Positions 12,280 through 24,129 of a DNA stretch of 62,000 bases are shown in pieces. Source of the stretch: Lama guanicoe. Lineage: Eukaryota. Position 1 is the first letter of the stretch; each line of letters begins with the position of its first letter. A program made the position numbers and the translations under genes. A model generated the notes under the pieces. That model worked only from the letters and a program-made list of their open reading frames with translations, had not been told where the DNA came from and made no database searches. Location of the stretch: the NCBI GenBank assembly GCA_013239625.1, contig MU053881.1:5291957-5353956 (forward strand), read 5' to 3'.

Positions 12280-12640
12280 CCAAGAGGGTTTTAGTCGCAA
12301 GTGACAGAAACCCAGCTCAAGCTGGCTTCAGCCAAAAAGAACATTTAAAGGCCGAAAAGCCTAAGGGTAGGGCAGGACTCGGAGGCTCAGCCATGCCATC
12401 TGGAACTGACCTCTGTGTGTTTGTTGGCTCCAGTCCCACGAGGCCCACCCCACAGGGGCAAGGTGGCCAGCAGCGCCCTGGGCCCCCTCCTGCCAGTTCA
12501 ACTGCCCAGGCGGACAGAGCTCCCCTTCCCCCAGACCCCTTCTGCTGCTGCTTGTCTCTGGTACCCACACCTGAACCAGCACCAGGGGTGGGTATTCTGA
12601 GCAGCCAAGCCTGGGTCATCTGAGCAGAAGGGTCTTTCCC
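12280..12640 (-). mobile_element. Ancient MaLR LTR (MLT1K/L-like)
   Basis: ttagtcgcaagtgacagaaacccagctcaagctggcttcagccaaaaagaacattta is the typical reverse-complement 3' end of old MLT1. Confidence 0.7.
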
Positions 12641-12719
12641 CAAAGGAAAGTGAAGGCCCTGTTGCCAGGCGAAGGGGGCAGAGGCTGGGTGGGCAGAAAC
12701 AGAAAGGCCCGCTCTCTAG

Positions 12720-12920
12720 GGCCTTTATCCAGCTTCCTGGCTCTCCCTCGTCTTTGCTGTGTGACCTTGGGCAAGTCACAACCCCTGCTGATCCTCAATT
12801 TTCTTGTTGGTAAAATGGGGGTGTTACCCTAACTCAGAAGAACGTTTGAGAAGATTCAATAAGTTAAGGCACATAAAAGGCCCCTCCCAGTGCCCAGCTC
12901 GTGGGAAGCATCAAGCTTTT
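12720..12920 (+). mobile_element. MIR
   Basis: gctgtgtgaccttgggcaagtcac...gtaaaatggg...cagtgcccagc. Confidence 0.8.
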
Positions 12921-15499
12921 GCCACCTCTTCCCCTCTGGGCACCCCATTCCCAGCAGCAATGCCCAGCGTTTGGAACAACCATGCTCCTTAAACACTTAG
13001 CTATTGATTTAATTAATGCTTTTCTCCTTGCAGGCATCTCCGTATGTGTGAATTGTTCCATCTGTCTTTTCTCTTACGAATCTCTCTAGGGCTTACGAAA
13101 CTCTAAGTGTAAGTCCCCAGGGACAAGTAATAGCTGTCACAATTCATTCAACACATGCTCACCGAGCCTCATTAGGACTGGTTCTAGACACTGAGGACAC
13201 AGCAGAGAAAAAGGCAGACCCAGGCTCTGCCCTCGTGGGGGTCATGCTCACCCCATGCGTGTTACCTCCTTAAATCCGCCCTAGGATTAAGTTCAATGTC
13301 ATCTCATCAGCGCCTTCGAGCATTATCATGCCTGTTTCGCAGTTGAGGAAACTGAGGTAGAGGGGAGTGAAATCTCTTCAGGGGAGTTGATCACTCAGCA
13401 GGGGAGTGGCAGAAATGAGAGAGTGCTTGACTCTTCCTTCCTGGGGTGAAGCCCGAGGCAGGCCTTGTGCAGAATTCAATGAAGGTTAATTACAATGACA
13501 GCGCCTATAAAAATCAAATGGGCCATCTTCCAGGAAGCTAGAGGAGAGAGGGGGGCAGGGAAAAAGACATCTGTGGACAAAGTCAACCCCGGCTCTGGGA
13601 TGAGCCCTGTCGAGTCCATACATGGAAATTCACATCTACCAGGATGGGAAGCAGGCGAGGAGCCCCCACTGGGGCCCTGGGCGTCAGGAGAAACCAAGTG
13701 ATCCAAACCACAACCTGCAGGCTGAGAGCAGCCAGGCGCTGTTGAAACAGTTGGTGGAGCGGCCACCAGACCTTAAAACCCACACTTTGGGAGAGGCCTG
13801 AGGTCCACAGGGAAGGCCCGCACTCCCTTACCCAGGCCACCAGCAGCCACCAGCCAGGCCAGCAAGAAGGCCTGGTGAGGTCACGTCACTCCCCTGGCTC
13901 CAATCTCTGAATAAGTTTATGAAGGACTAGGTCCAAGGCAGAGATTAGCAGTTAGCAGTGAATTTGGAACTCAGCGGGGCTAACTTCCCTGTTGATTGAC
14001 TGGTCGATTAACTTCACCTGTGAGCCTCAGTGTTCTCATCTGCAAAGTGGGGATGGCTAGTACCTACCTTACAGGGTGAGGAATAAATGAGGCGTCAGTG
14101 CAGCTGCTCTAGACATATCATACCACACAATCCAGGCAATTAGGGATTCGAGTGCTCAGTGCACCTGAAGACACTGCGGCTCAGAAAAGCAAGTCCCCGC
14201 CCAGAACCACCCAGCCAGTCAGCAGCCAGTGCAGGTTTGGAACCCTAGTCTGCCTGACTGCAGAGCAACACTCTGCCCACCTCTCCCGACACATAGTAGG
14301 TCCTCACTACATGCCAGGTGCCTGCTCTGCACTTCTATTCTAGCAGGTTCCAGTCTAGTGCCGCACATGTCCTGCTGGGGTGTTGGTTCTGAAAGTGGCG
14401 GCTGTTTTTGCTCCTGGTGTGCCGAGGAAGACATGGAAATTCAAATAAAACTTGGGAAATCCAAACAGATGCATTTATTGATGGCTCACAATCAGGCAGA
14501 GCATATTAGCCAAACAAGCAGACAGTAAAAGGCCTTCCTCCCATGCAGAGAAACAAAAGGCTCTTTCTTGCTGCCAGAGGCTGGGCGGCCGCTTGGCTCT
14601 CGGGGGAGAAGGCAGGTCTCCTTGGTGGACAGCTGCAGCTCATGTATCTGCTCGAGACACAGGATCCGGACAGAGAAGTTCTCTTTGCGCATCCCCCCCA
14701 CCCCTGTGGCCATAGATGCGCACTGTTGGCTTACCTCCCTCAAGTATGAGGGCTTCACAGGGTCAGGCAGTGCTCGACAAGGCTCTGAGAGTGAAGGTAC
14801 TAGAGGCTCCCCTTCCCAAATTTGCAGTCAGCACCAAAGCCTCGAGCCCCTCACCTGCCGTGGATGAAGGACTGTGCATTAAGTCCTGGGAGGACGGCAG
14901 AGAGGGAGCTGACCCCGGCCCAGTTTTCGAAAAGCAAAGTGATGTGCTGCCTCAGTTTCCCCAGAGTGATCAGCCTTTGGGATGCCTAAGGCAAAAGGTC
15001 AAGAAATATCAGGTCTTGAGCAAGTTCAAGGTTTCCTGGCTGTGTGATCTGTATCCCCAACCTGGTGGTTCCCGGCAAACACTTCGAGCCTAGCTCCATT
15101 TGGAAGGGGCATGATGCTGCCAGAACCGTCCTAGGCTACAGGGAGGAATGTGGCTGGCCAGTCTCCAGCTTAACCCCTGGAGGTCCCCTGGTGTCCCTAC
15201 ACACCTCGTTCACATTCCAGCTCTGCCTCTTCCTCCTTGATGACCTTGGGGAGCTCACGTCCCTTTGCTGAGCCTCCATGTCCCCATCTGCAGAGCAGAG
15301 GTCGCGATGAGGGTGCCTCAAAGGCGTGAGGGACACTAGACAGAAAGTGTGTGAAGAGCGCAGCACGGCCCTGGAGCGGGCCAGCCGCTTGATGGACACA
15401 GCACTGAAGGACGACTACCCAAATCTCTCCCCGGGTGGAAAGGACACCCTTGTCCCAGGCGAACAGGAAGGACCTCGAATGGGGTCCCCTACATCAGTA

Positions 15500-16990
15500 T
15501 CTCTAGCCTGGACCTCTCCCCTGAAATGGGCTCATTTATCCAATGGGGTCCTGGACTTTCCCACTTGGCTGTTTACTAAGCAGCTCACACTTGATACCCA
15601 CTAGGCTGGACTCTAGATTGCACCCCGACCCCCCCGGACAGCTCCTCCCACACCTTCAGTACCCAGCACTCCGAGACTGGGGCCAAAAATCTTGAGAGCA
15701 TCCTTGGTTTTTCTCTTCCACCCCATATCTAATTCACCGCAGCTCTTCCTTCAAAATGTATCCAGAATCCAGCCATTTCCCACCCCTATTCACGTCCACT
15801 ACCCTCGCCCCAGACCCTACTGTCTTTCTGGGGGATGATCGAAAAAGCCTCCTGACCAGTCTTTCTGCTTCCTCCCAACACCTTCTTCAGCTTCTTCCCT
15901 GCAGAGGAGCCGGGAGCAGTCTGTGTTAGTTTCCTGCAGCCGCTGTAACAAATTACCACAAACTCGATGGCTTGAAACAACACAAATTTATTCTCTTAAA
16001 ATCCCAGAAGGCCAAAATTGGTTTCATTGAGCTCAAGTCAGGATGTCAGCAGGCTAGATTTTTCCCCGAGGTTTCCAAGGGAATCTGCGCCTCACCTTTC
16101 CCAGCTTCTGGAGGCTGCCTGCCTTCCTTGGCCCTCATCACTCCAATCTCCTGCTTCTGTTGCCACGATCCTTTCTCCTCTTACAGAGCAGTATCTCCTC
16201 CTGCCTCCCTCTTACATTCTTGTGACCACAGCAGTGGGACCACCTGGCGCCTCTCCCCGTCTCAAGGACTTTAACTTTAATCACATTGGCAAAGCCCCTT
16301 ATGCCCTGTAAGGCAACATACTTCTAGGTCTGGGAATTAGGACGTGGACCTCTTGGCAGGGGGCATTTTTCAACTGATCACAGGATCCTTTTTAAATGTT
16401 ATCTGGGTCATGTCTCTCCTCTCCTAACCCCTCTTTTCCCAGGAGCTCCGAGCCCCCCTTCTCAGTGTAAAAGTCACACCCTTGCAACAGCTCACAAGCT
16501 CCTGATTTGGATTCTACACCTCTCTGATCTCAGATCCTCCCACCCTTCCCCTCACTCACTCTGCTCAAGCCACGTTGGCCTCCTTGCTGTGCACTGTAAA
16601 TGTCAAACCCAGCCAAACAGTCCCACCTCAGGGCCTTTGCACTGGCCATTCCCTCTCCCCAGAATGTTCCTCAGATACCCTCATGGTTCACTACCTCCCA
16701 TCAACTCTGGCCTCTGCCCAAGTCACTAGAGAGAGGCCTTCCTGTACCTCCCTGTGTAAGCAAAGCTCCCCACACACCCCATCCCTCTCTGTCCCCTTAC
16801 TCACTTTACTTTTGTTCTTGAGCCTCATCACCACCTGCAATGTATTTATTGGTTTATTGGTTTACAATCTGCTTCTCTACTAGGATGTAAGTTATTTTGC
16901 AGCAGGAATTCTGCCCATCACTCCAGCCCCAGTGCTGATCTCAGTGCCCAGCACACAGCAGGTGCTCCGTATACACGTGTGAGAAGGAGG
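15500..16990 (+). mobile_element. L2 LINE 3' region interrupted by an MLT1 LTR
   Basis: cttcaaaatgtatccagaatcc; cccacctcagggcctttgcactggccattccc; cagtgcccagcacacagcaggtgctc. Confidence 0.8.
15922..16382 (-). mobile_element. MaLR solo LTR (MLT1C/D-like)
   Basis: tgtgttagtttcctgcagccgctgtaacaaattaccacaaactcgatggcttgaaacaacacaaatttattctc ... ggggcatttttcaactgatcaca. Confidence 0.9.
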
Positions 16991-17229
16991 CATCCATCTC
17001 ACCCAGACCCTCGGCTCTTTCTGAAATGACTGAACTGGAACCACTTTATACTGTGTCGATCCCAAAACTCCCTCAGTGCTTTAGCTGGGGATATGCCAAT
17101 TCAAATGTGAAGACACAGCCAACAATAGGATTTAGAAGGCAGCCCCCTACCTTCTGCTCCACCGCTGGTTCCTGGGCAGCCTGGGACCCCCTGCTCATCA
17201 TGTGCGACACTCTCTTCCCTGCTTCTTCC

Positions 17230-17410
17230 ATCAGAAAATGTGCAGAGCTAACGGTGGCTGGGGGTTCTGTGTGCCCACACCCTTTATGTATGTGGACTCA
17301 TTAAATCTTCAGCTCTGTGAGGTAGGTGCTATTACAGGCATCCCCACTTTACAGATGAAGAAACTGAGGCACAGAGAAGTCCCATAACGTGCTAATGGTC
17401 TGTACACCAT
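17230..17410 (-). mobile_element. MIR
   Basis: tccccactttacagatgaagaaactgaggcacagagaagt. Confidence 0.85.
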
Positions 17411-18607
17411 GCTTTGTTTTCCCCAGGGCTGGGGCCCAAGGCTGGCTCATCCCTGTGGAGCCCAGGAATGGACAGAGGGTGGGTGTTTAGAACTTCAGAA
17501 AGGCCAGGAGGAAAGGAAACTGAGGGCCCACTGAGCCCCACCCCAGGCTGTTCTATGAACACTCCTGTTGTTGGTTTAGGGGCCCTGAGGGGAGAGGTGG
17601 GGGTGGGAGGCTCAGGGGTGAGCAGGGCCCGAGGCACTGATGTCTAAGGGGTGCTGAGGCAAGCCTGGGTGTAATGAGATGGGGACCTCAGGGTACAGGG
17701 TCCTCTTTCAGGCTGGGACTGGAAGGGTTGGGAGGGGTTCTTCAACAAGCTTCTCTTGGTGGAGGTTTGACCCCACCCCAGCCCCACCCATCAAGGTGAG
17801 ACCCTCTGTACACAGAGAGGCCTTCTACCAGGGTAGGAGGACAACGGGTGAACAACGGGCCTTGCTCAGATTCAGGAACGCAACTGCCAACCACAGTACA
17901 AAGGTGGCTGCAGCTGCCACCAGAGCGGCCCTGCCTTTCTCTGCGCTCATGCAATGAACAAGCATTTAAGGAGTTCAGATTGGAGAGCAATGCCAAGCCA
18001 TCTTCCACCCAGGGCACCGTCATGCTGGCCCTGCCACTTGCATGATTCAGTCTTCCCATCAGGAGGAGGCAGTCTGGGGCTCCACCATCCTGAGACCAGT
18101 GCTACAGGCATTGAGTGGGCTCCATCTGCCTCTGTCTGGTGGGCAGCCACCCGCACCAACAGAACCTCACAGCCCCTGCCTGCCCCAAGCCCTGTCCCCA
18201 GACAATCTGAACCAATCAGCATGACAAGGTGGAGACTGATTTTGGTGGCTTTGGGAGGGTAGTGGATAAATTCAGTGAAAATACAATGAATCAATGAATG
18301 AATGGATGGATGAATAAATAATACACACCATCATTTATCAAACTCCAGTAGTGACTATTTTCCATACACTCCTCTCCATGGCTAAAATCTTCCAGCATCT
18401 GACCTCACAAGTTAGATGATCTCCAGCTCAAAGCCTCCACCTCATTGTAGGTGATCTCCTTGTTCACAAACAGTAATGATGACAACCATCTCATACTGCT
18501 CGTATCCACAACAAGACTTTGTGCTAAGCACTTTGTATCAGCATCCTCAGTCATTTTAACAGTCATCTGTGGTAGGTATTATTATTCCCATTTCACAGAT
18601 AAGGAAC

Positions 18608-19468
18608 CTAGAAAGACAACCTATGGAATGAGAGAAAATATTTGCAAAAGATGAGACTGACAAGGGCTTAATTTCCAGACTATATAAACAGCTCACACAA
18701 CTTAATAAGAAAAAAAAAAACACCCAATCCAAAAATGGGCAGAAGACTTAAACAAGCAATTTTCCAATGAAGATGTACGAGTGACCGATAGGTACATGAA
18801 AAAATGCTCAGTAGCACTAATTATCAGAGAAATGCAAATCAAAACTACAATGAGGTGTCACCTCACACCAGTCAGAATGGCCAGCATTCAAAGGTCCACA
18901 AACAATAAATGCTGGAGAGGCTGTGGAGAAAAGGGAAATCTCCTGCACTGCTGGTGGGAATGCAGTTTGGTACAGCTGTTATGTAAAACAGTATGGAGAT
19001 TCTTTAAAAGACTAAAAATAGATTTACCGTACGATCTAGCAATCCCACTCCTATGCATATATCCAGAGGGAACCTTAATTCAAAAAAATACATACACCCC
19101 AATGTTCACAGCAACACTATTTACAACAGGCAAGACATGGAAACAATGTAAATGTCCATCAACAGATGACTGGATAAAGAAGTTGTGGTACATTTATACA
19201 GTGGAATACTACTCAGCCATAAAAAAGAATAAAATAACGCCATTTGCAGCAACATGAGTGGACATGGAGATGATCATTCTAAGTGAAGTAAGCCAGAAAG
19301 AGAAAGAAAAATACCATATAGTATCACTTACATATGGAACCTAAAAAAAAAAGACAAATGAGCTTTACAAAACAGAAACAGACTCTCAGACATAGAAAAC
19401 AAACTTGTGGTTACCAGTGGGTGAAGCAGGTGGGAAGGGATAAATTGGGATTTCGAGATTTGCAGATA

Positions 19469-19506
<38 letters not shown>

Positions 19507-19686
19507 ATAAACAACAAATTTATACTGTGTAGCACAGGGAACTATGTTCAGTATCTTACAGCAACTTAAGGTGAAAAAGAATATGCAAATGAATATATGT
19601 ATGTTCATGTATGACTGAATCACTATGCTGTACATCAGAAATCAACACAACATTGTAAACTGACTGTATTTCAATAAAAATATATA
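18608..19686 (+). mobile_element. Young lineage-specific L1, 5'-truncated (ORF2 C-terminus + 3'UTR), inserted in a MIR
   Basis: ORF 18781-19257 ([19 protein letters not shown]...CWRGCGEKG...HCWWEC...[23 protein letters not shown]) is L1 ORF2p C-terminus with a premature TGA; 14-bp TSD cacagataaggaac at 18594-18607 and 19687-19700; internal (TA)n at 19472-19501. Confidence 0.95.
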
Positions 19687-19991
19687 CACAGATAAGGAAC
19701 ATTTAAAAAGATGTAAATTCATTGCTCAAAGACACAGTTTGTAAGTGGCAGGCTCAGGATGTGAGCCCAGGTCCTGCTGGTTCCAAAGATTGGACTGTTA
19801 TCACCTAGGCACGGCAAACCAGTGACCCAAGTCACAGTGACGCAGTCAGCCCACGGACCCTGGGCTTACTTACTCATGATAACAGTCTGCATGTGCACAC
19901 CCACCCACCCCCACACCCGCTAGGAACATGAGCTCCGCGGTAGCAAGAACTTTATAAATCCTTTTTCTGTTGTTAGCACAAAGTAGGTGCT

Positions 19992-20364
19992 TGTTATAGA
20001 CTGAATGTTTATGTTCCCCCAAATTCTTACATTGAAGCCCTAACTCCCAATATGACTGGATTTGGAGATAGGGCCTTTGTGGAGGTAATTAAGGTTAAAT
20101 GAGGTCAGGATGAGGTCCTGATCAGATAGGATTGTTGTCCTTATAAGAAGAGACACCAGTGAATTCACACTCTCTCTCCACGTGTGCACAGAGAAGAGGC
20201 CATGTGAGGGCACGGTGAGAAGGTGGCCGCCTACAAGCCGGGAGGAGAGCCTCACCAGAAATCAAGCCTGCTGGACCTCGATCTGGGACTCCTGGCCTCC
20301 CAGACTGTGGGCTAAGTCCCTCAGCCTGTGTATTTTGTTACGGCAGCCCGGGCAGACTCCTACT
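19992..20364 (+). mobile_element. MaLR solo LTR (MLT1A-like) inserted in an L2 tail
   Basis: tgttatagactgaatgtttatgttccccc...ggagatagggcctttgtggaggtaattaaggttaaatgagg...tattttgttacggcagccc. Confidence 0.9.
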
Positions 20365-21329
20365 GCACTCAGGACATTTTGGTTGTGGAATACAAATCTG
20401 GCTTGGGGCACCAGTTTTTAGAAAGAGGATTTGAATTTTCCCAACACCCACCGGCCTCCTCCTCTTTAGCATCCTTCGTCTTCCTGCTCAGCCCCATGGA
20501 CCTGGGTCTGTGGCCCTGCTCTGAGCTGGGTGGGGCCCGAGTCAGGGCTCCATCCTCACGCACTGCTGGGTAGGTGGGGGGAAACAGGTGGTCCCTCTCG
20601 TGGCCCGCCAGAGATTTCCTGTTCTAAGCCCACAGGTGTGTGTGCCAGGGAGGGCTCTCTGGGCCCAGGAGGCTTCCCTACCTTGTGGCCGCTGGCAGCT
20701 CCTGACCTTCAGCTCACTCCTCAGGGCCAGGGTGTCAAGACCCCCACGTGGCCGTGGCAGACAGGTTCTCTGGGGACCCGCTCTCTCCATGGTGGCAGGG
20801 CAGGGCCCTCTGGCTCAGGCAGCACCCTCGGGCCTGGGAGCAGCAGAGGACGGTGAAGGCTCTGAGCAGCCCCCAAGTGCCCACCCAGTGCGGAGCCCGC
20901 AAGTGAGGAAACCCAAGAGGGTAACCAGAGTGGCTGCCAATGCCCAGGGGAGAGGCCCGCCCCTCAGCCACCTGGCCCACGGAGCCCAGCTGCCGCGCTC
21001 ACCATCCGGCCACAAAACACAAGCAGACAGCAGCTCGGGCGCCAGCAGGACAGTGGCCTCCCCAGCTGGGCCAGTTGTAGGGGCAGGGTGCAGAGAATGG
21101 AGTCCAGCCTCAGCGTGGTTGCCAGCCACACCTAGATCAGGGGGCTACATCCCTTTGCCTGGCTGGGCCGTGCTTTTCCCCTCTGTAAAGGGAAAAAAGC
21201 ACCCCTGGGAAGAGCACCCCAACTCTGGATACGGTACAAACGTAGAAGCAATGGGGAGGGACAAATACTGATGGAGCGCTTCCTCTGTGTGGGGTGTTTA
21301 GCCACGTCTTCACCATCATAGCTGACCTC

Positions 21330-22040
21330 GACCCATTATCTCACTTAATCCTCCAAGATGTCTAAGGGCAGATCACATTATCTTTGTTGAGTAAACAGGG
21401 AAATGGAGACTCAGAGAAGTCATGTGACAGCCCCAAGGTCACACAGCTAATGAGACACAGGGCTGGAATCCACGCCAGGGCTCCCCTCTGCTGTTCTGTA
21501 CCACCCAATGGGTAAGAATCATTAAAGCTCAAGTCGATGGGGTGCTTACCGCCATCTTCTCTGCATCTGCATATATTAACATATTTAATCCTCCCAATAG
21601 CCCTTTAAAGTAGATACATCTGTTTGCCCTATTTTACAGAAAAGGAAACTGAGGTACAAAGAGGTTAACTGACTTGCTCAAGGTCACACGGCAGCTAATA
21701 ATGGTACCAGTAGGATATGAACCCAGGCACCTAACTGCGGAGCTCTGAAACCACAATACGACAGACACCTCCTATCATCACCTCCTGGAATCCTTATGGG
21801 AATCCCCCCCACAATGGGATGCCTTATTACCCCCATTTTGTAGAGTTAAATTGTTTGTCCGAGGTCATCCAGGGGGCTAAGGGCAAAGCTGGGATTTGAA
21901 TCCAACTGTTTCTTGTTATATTCTTACTATAATAATCACTACAGCTACCACTCAGTGAGCACTTAATATCTGCCAGGTCCAATACCAAGACTGTTACTGT
22001 ACCTTCACACTGGATCTTCGCAATCACCTTGAGAAGGATA
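21330..22040 (-). mobile_element. Tandem cluster of 3-4 MIR fragments
   Basis: gagactcagagaagtcatgtgacagccccaaggtcacacagc; ttttacagaaaaggaaactgaggtacaaagaggttaactgacttgctcaaggtcacac; ggcaaagctgggatttgaatcca. Confidence 0.85.
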
Positions 22041-22046
22041 GATTTG

Positions 22047-22400
22047 TATCAGTCAGAGGAGACAAGATTATGCTGTGGTAACAAACAGCCCCCCCACAAT
22101 TTTGATGGCTGGAATCAAAAAGCATCTGTTTTTACTCACAAGTCATATGTTAGCAAGGGGGCTCTGTTTGCTATCTTCACTCAGTGACCCACATGGAGGG
22201 AGGTCCCATCTGTGTACAGGTTTGCCAATACACAGGAAGGGAAGATTGGATTCAACAATTGAATGTTTTAGCCCAAAAGTGACCCATCTTTCCTGCTCAC
22301 AGCTCATTGACCAGAGCTAGTCATGCGGCCCCACCCAACCACAGGGAGGCCAGCATGAGCAATCCTACTATGTGCCCGGGAGGCAATACAACCAGACCAC
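22047..22400 (-). mobile_element. Ancient MaLR LTR (MLT1J/K-like)
   Basis: tgtatcagtcagaggagacaagattatgctgtggtaacaaacagcccc...cattgaccagagctagtcatgcggcccc. Confidence 0.75.
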
Positions 22401-22949
22401 CCCAGCCTTCTCCCCACTCTACAGATGAGGAAATCCAAGGTCCCAGGTAGCAGGGAACAGGGCCTGGAGCCTGGAGCCAATCCAACATGGAGTCTATTCG
22501 ATTTTGACCACACTGGCCACAGGGACACAAAGCAGACCCACCCATAAAATCACAGTGAGCCTTATCATTTACAGCCAGCCTTATCCCCGCACGTTATCTC
22601 ATTCCACTCGCTCCGCCCTGGTGCAGGTGTCAGGATAATCCTCCCTAGGGTGCAGCAGAGGAAACTGAGGTTCTCCTGGCTCTCCAGCTTCTTGCTTGGC
22701 GTCAGCCCTCCTTCCCTTTCAGCTCCAGGACAAGGAAGAGAAACGATCACCCCTTCTCCTTTCTCCTTGGCTGTGTTTGAAATTGAAGGGACAGATTGGG
22801 GTTTGGAGACTTCACAGGCACAAGATGGAGACACAAACCAGGCACAGACAGAGGTGAGGGAGCCTGACGGTGCCTGGAAGGCCTCCACTCATGAGCAGGA
22901 ACCGCTGGGAATACAACCCTCATTGTGGGCCTCATCAGATTCTGTGTTC

Positions 22950-23420
22950 CCAGAATCTTATCCAGTCCTCACAACATGCAGGTGCCACAGAGCTAACCAT
23001 TTGGCCCATTTTATAGATGAGAAGGCTGAGGCTCAGAACCTAACAGAGAGCCTGACACAGAAGATTCAACAAAAGTTCTGTGGGCAGGTGGCTGACTGGA
23101 TCAGAGAGGCTAAGAGATTAACTCAAGAGTGCCCAGCTCTCAAGGGCAGGAATTGATCTAGAACCCTGGCCAGTTTGCCCAGATCTTAGGTTTACTGAAT
23201 CAGAGGCAGTGTGTACTCCAGAGCCATCTGCCCAGGGCAAAAGTCCCAGCTCTGCTACTGCCTAGCTAGGCCCTTGGGCAAGTCCCTTCTCATGTCATTT
23301 CTCACCTACACGATAAGGATAAGAAGAGATCTGGAGTTGTCATGAGAATTAGTTAATATCTGTGGAGCATAGTGGCTGTCACATAAGAAATGTTCCGTAA
23401 AGGTCAATTCTTGTTGTGGT
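22950..23420. mobile_element. MIR fragments, minus (~22950-23180) then plus (~23200-23420)
   Basis: cccattttatagatgagaaggctgaggctcaga; cccagctctgctactgcctagctaggcccttgggcaagt. Confidence 0.75.
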
Positions 23421-23700
23421 AGTGGTTATCCAGTTTCTAGTTTAAAAAGGAAATCACTTGAAAAATCAAAAAAATAATAAATACCAACTAATAGTGAAGG
23501 CAGTCCACGAGCTTGAAACAACAGGTAGGAAATATAAAAAATTCAATTGGACGACAGTTTTGAACAAAGAGGGTAAAAATGACTATTGTACGAGAGGTCA
23601 GATTGCTGTTGGCTTTCTCCGAGTCTTGTAAAGCACACGGAATTGTAAATGGGCAACATTGCTAGGCCTCGTTAAACAACAGCATACCAGTTCGGGGAAA

Positions 23701-23830
23701 TTTTTTTTTGGTAGGGGGGTAATTCGGTTTATTTCTTTATTTGTTTATTTTTAATAGAGGTACTGGAGATTGAGCCCAGGACCTCATGCACGCTAGGCGT
23801 GCACTCTACCACTGAGCTATCCCCTCCCCC
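23701..23830 (-). mobile_element. Camelid tRNA-derived SINE (Vic-1 type), full length
   Basis: Reverse complement ggggaggggatagctcagtggtagagtgcacgcctagcgtgcatgaggtcctgggctcaatctccagtacctc (tRNA-Ala-like, with A and B boxes) + A-rich tail. Confidence 0.9.
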
Positions 23831-24129
23831 CAGGAAATATTTTAGCAACATATGTGAAAAGCCTTAAAATTGTGACTGCCTTTTAACCTACAATTCTACT
23901 TCTGAGGACTAATGATTATCTAATGACAGTCTTAGAGGAGAGTTGTTTTCTGGCATTACACAAGGATGAAATGAAAGTTCAGAGAGGTTAAATGATTTGC
24001 CCATAGTCACACAGCTGGGAACTGGAGGGACCAGAATCCAAGACAAGATGGTCTGATGGCAAAGCCCCACTCTCAACAGCTACACTTCATGTCCTGAGAA
24101 GGTTGAATCTATAGGAATATCATAAGGGT

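Noticed and set aside
18781..19257. 158-aa ORF (also 36167-36544 and 52043-52231) as a host gene
   Set aside because: L1 ORF2p C-terminal fragments in 5'-truncated, non-autonomous copies.
20588..21271. 227-aa ORF (similarly 2427-3050, 5515-6057, 10925-11524, 28604-29143)
   Set aside because: Low-complexity P/G/A/R/S composition, non-ATG or weak starts, some overlapping repeats, no recognisable domain; expected by chance in GC-rich DNA.
23755..23830. tRNA-Ala gene (also at ~37395-37470 and ~6660-6713)
   Set aside because: Mismatched stems, SINE-type AT-rich tail and TSD-like flanks indicate SINE heads, not tRNA genes.
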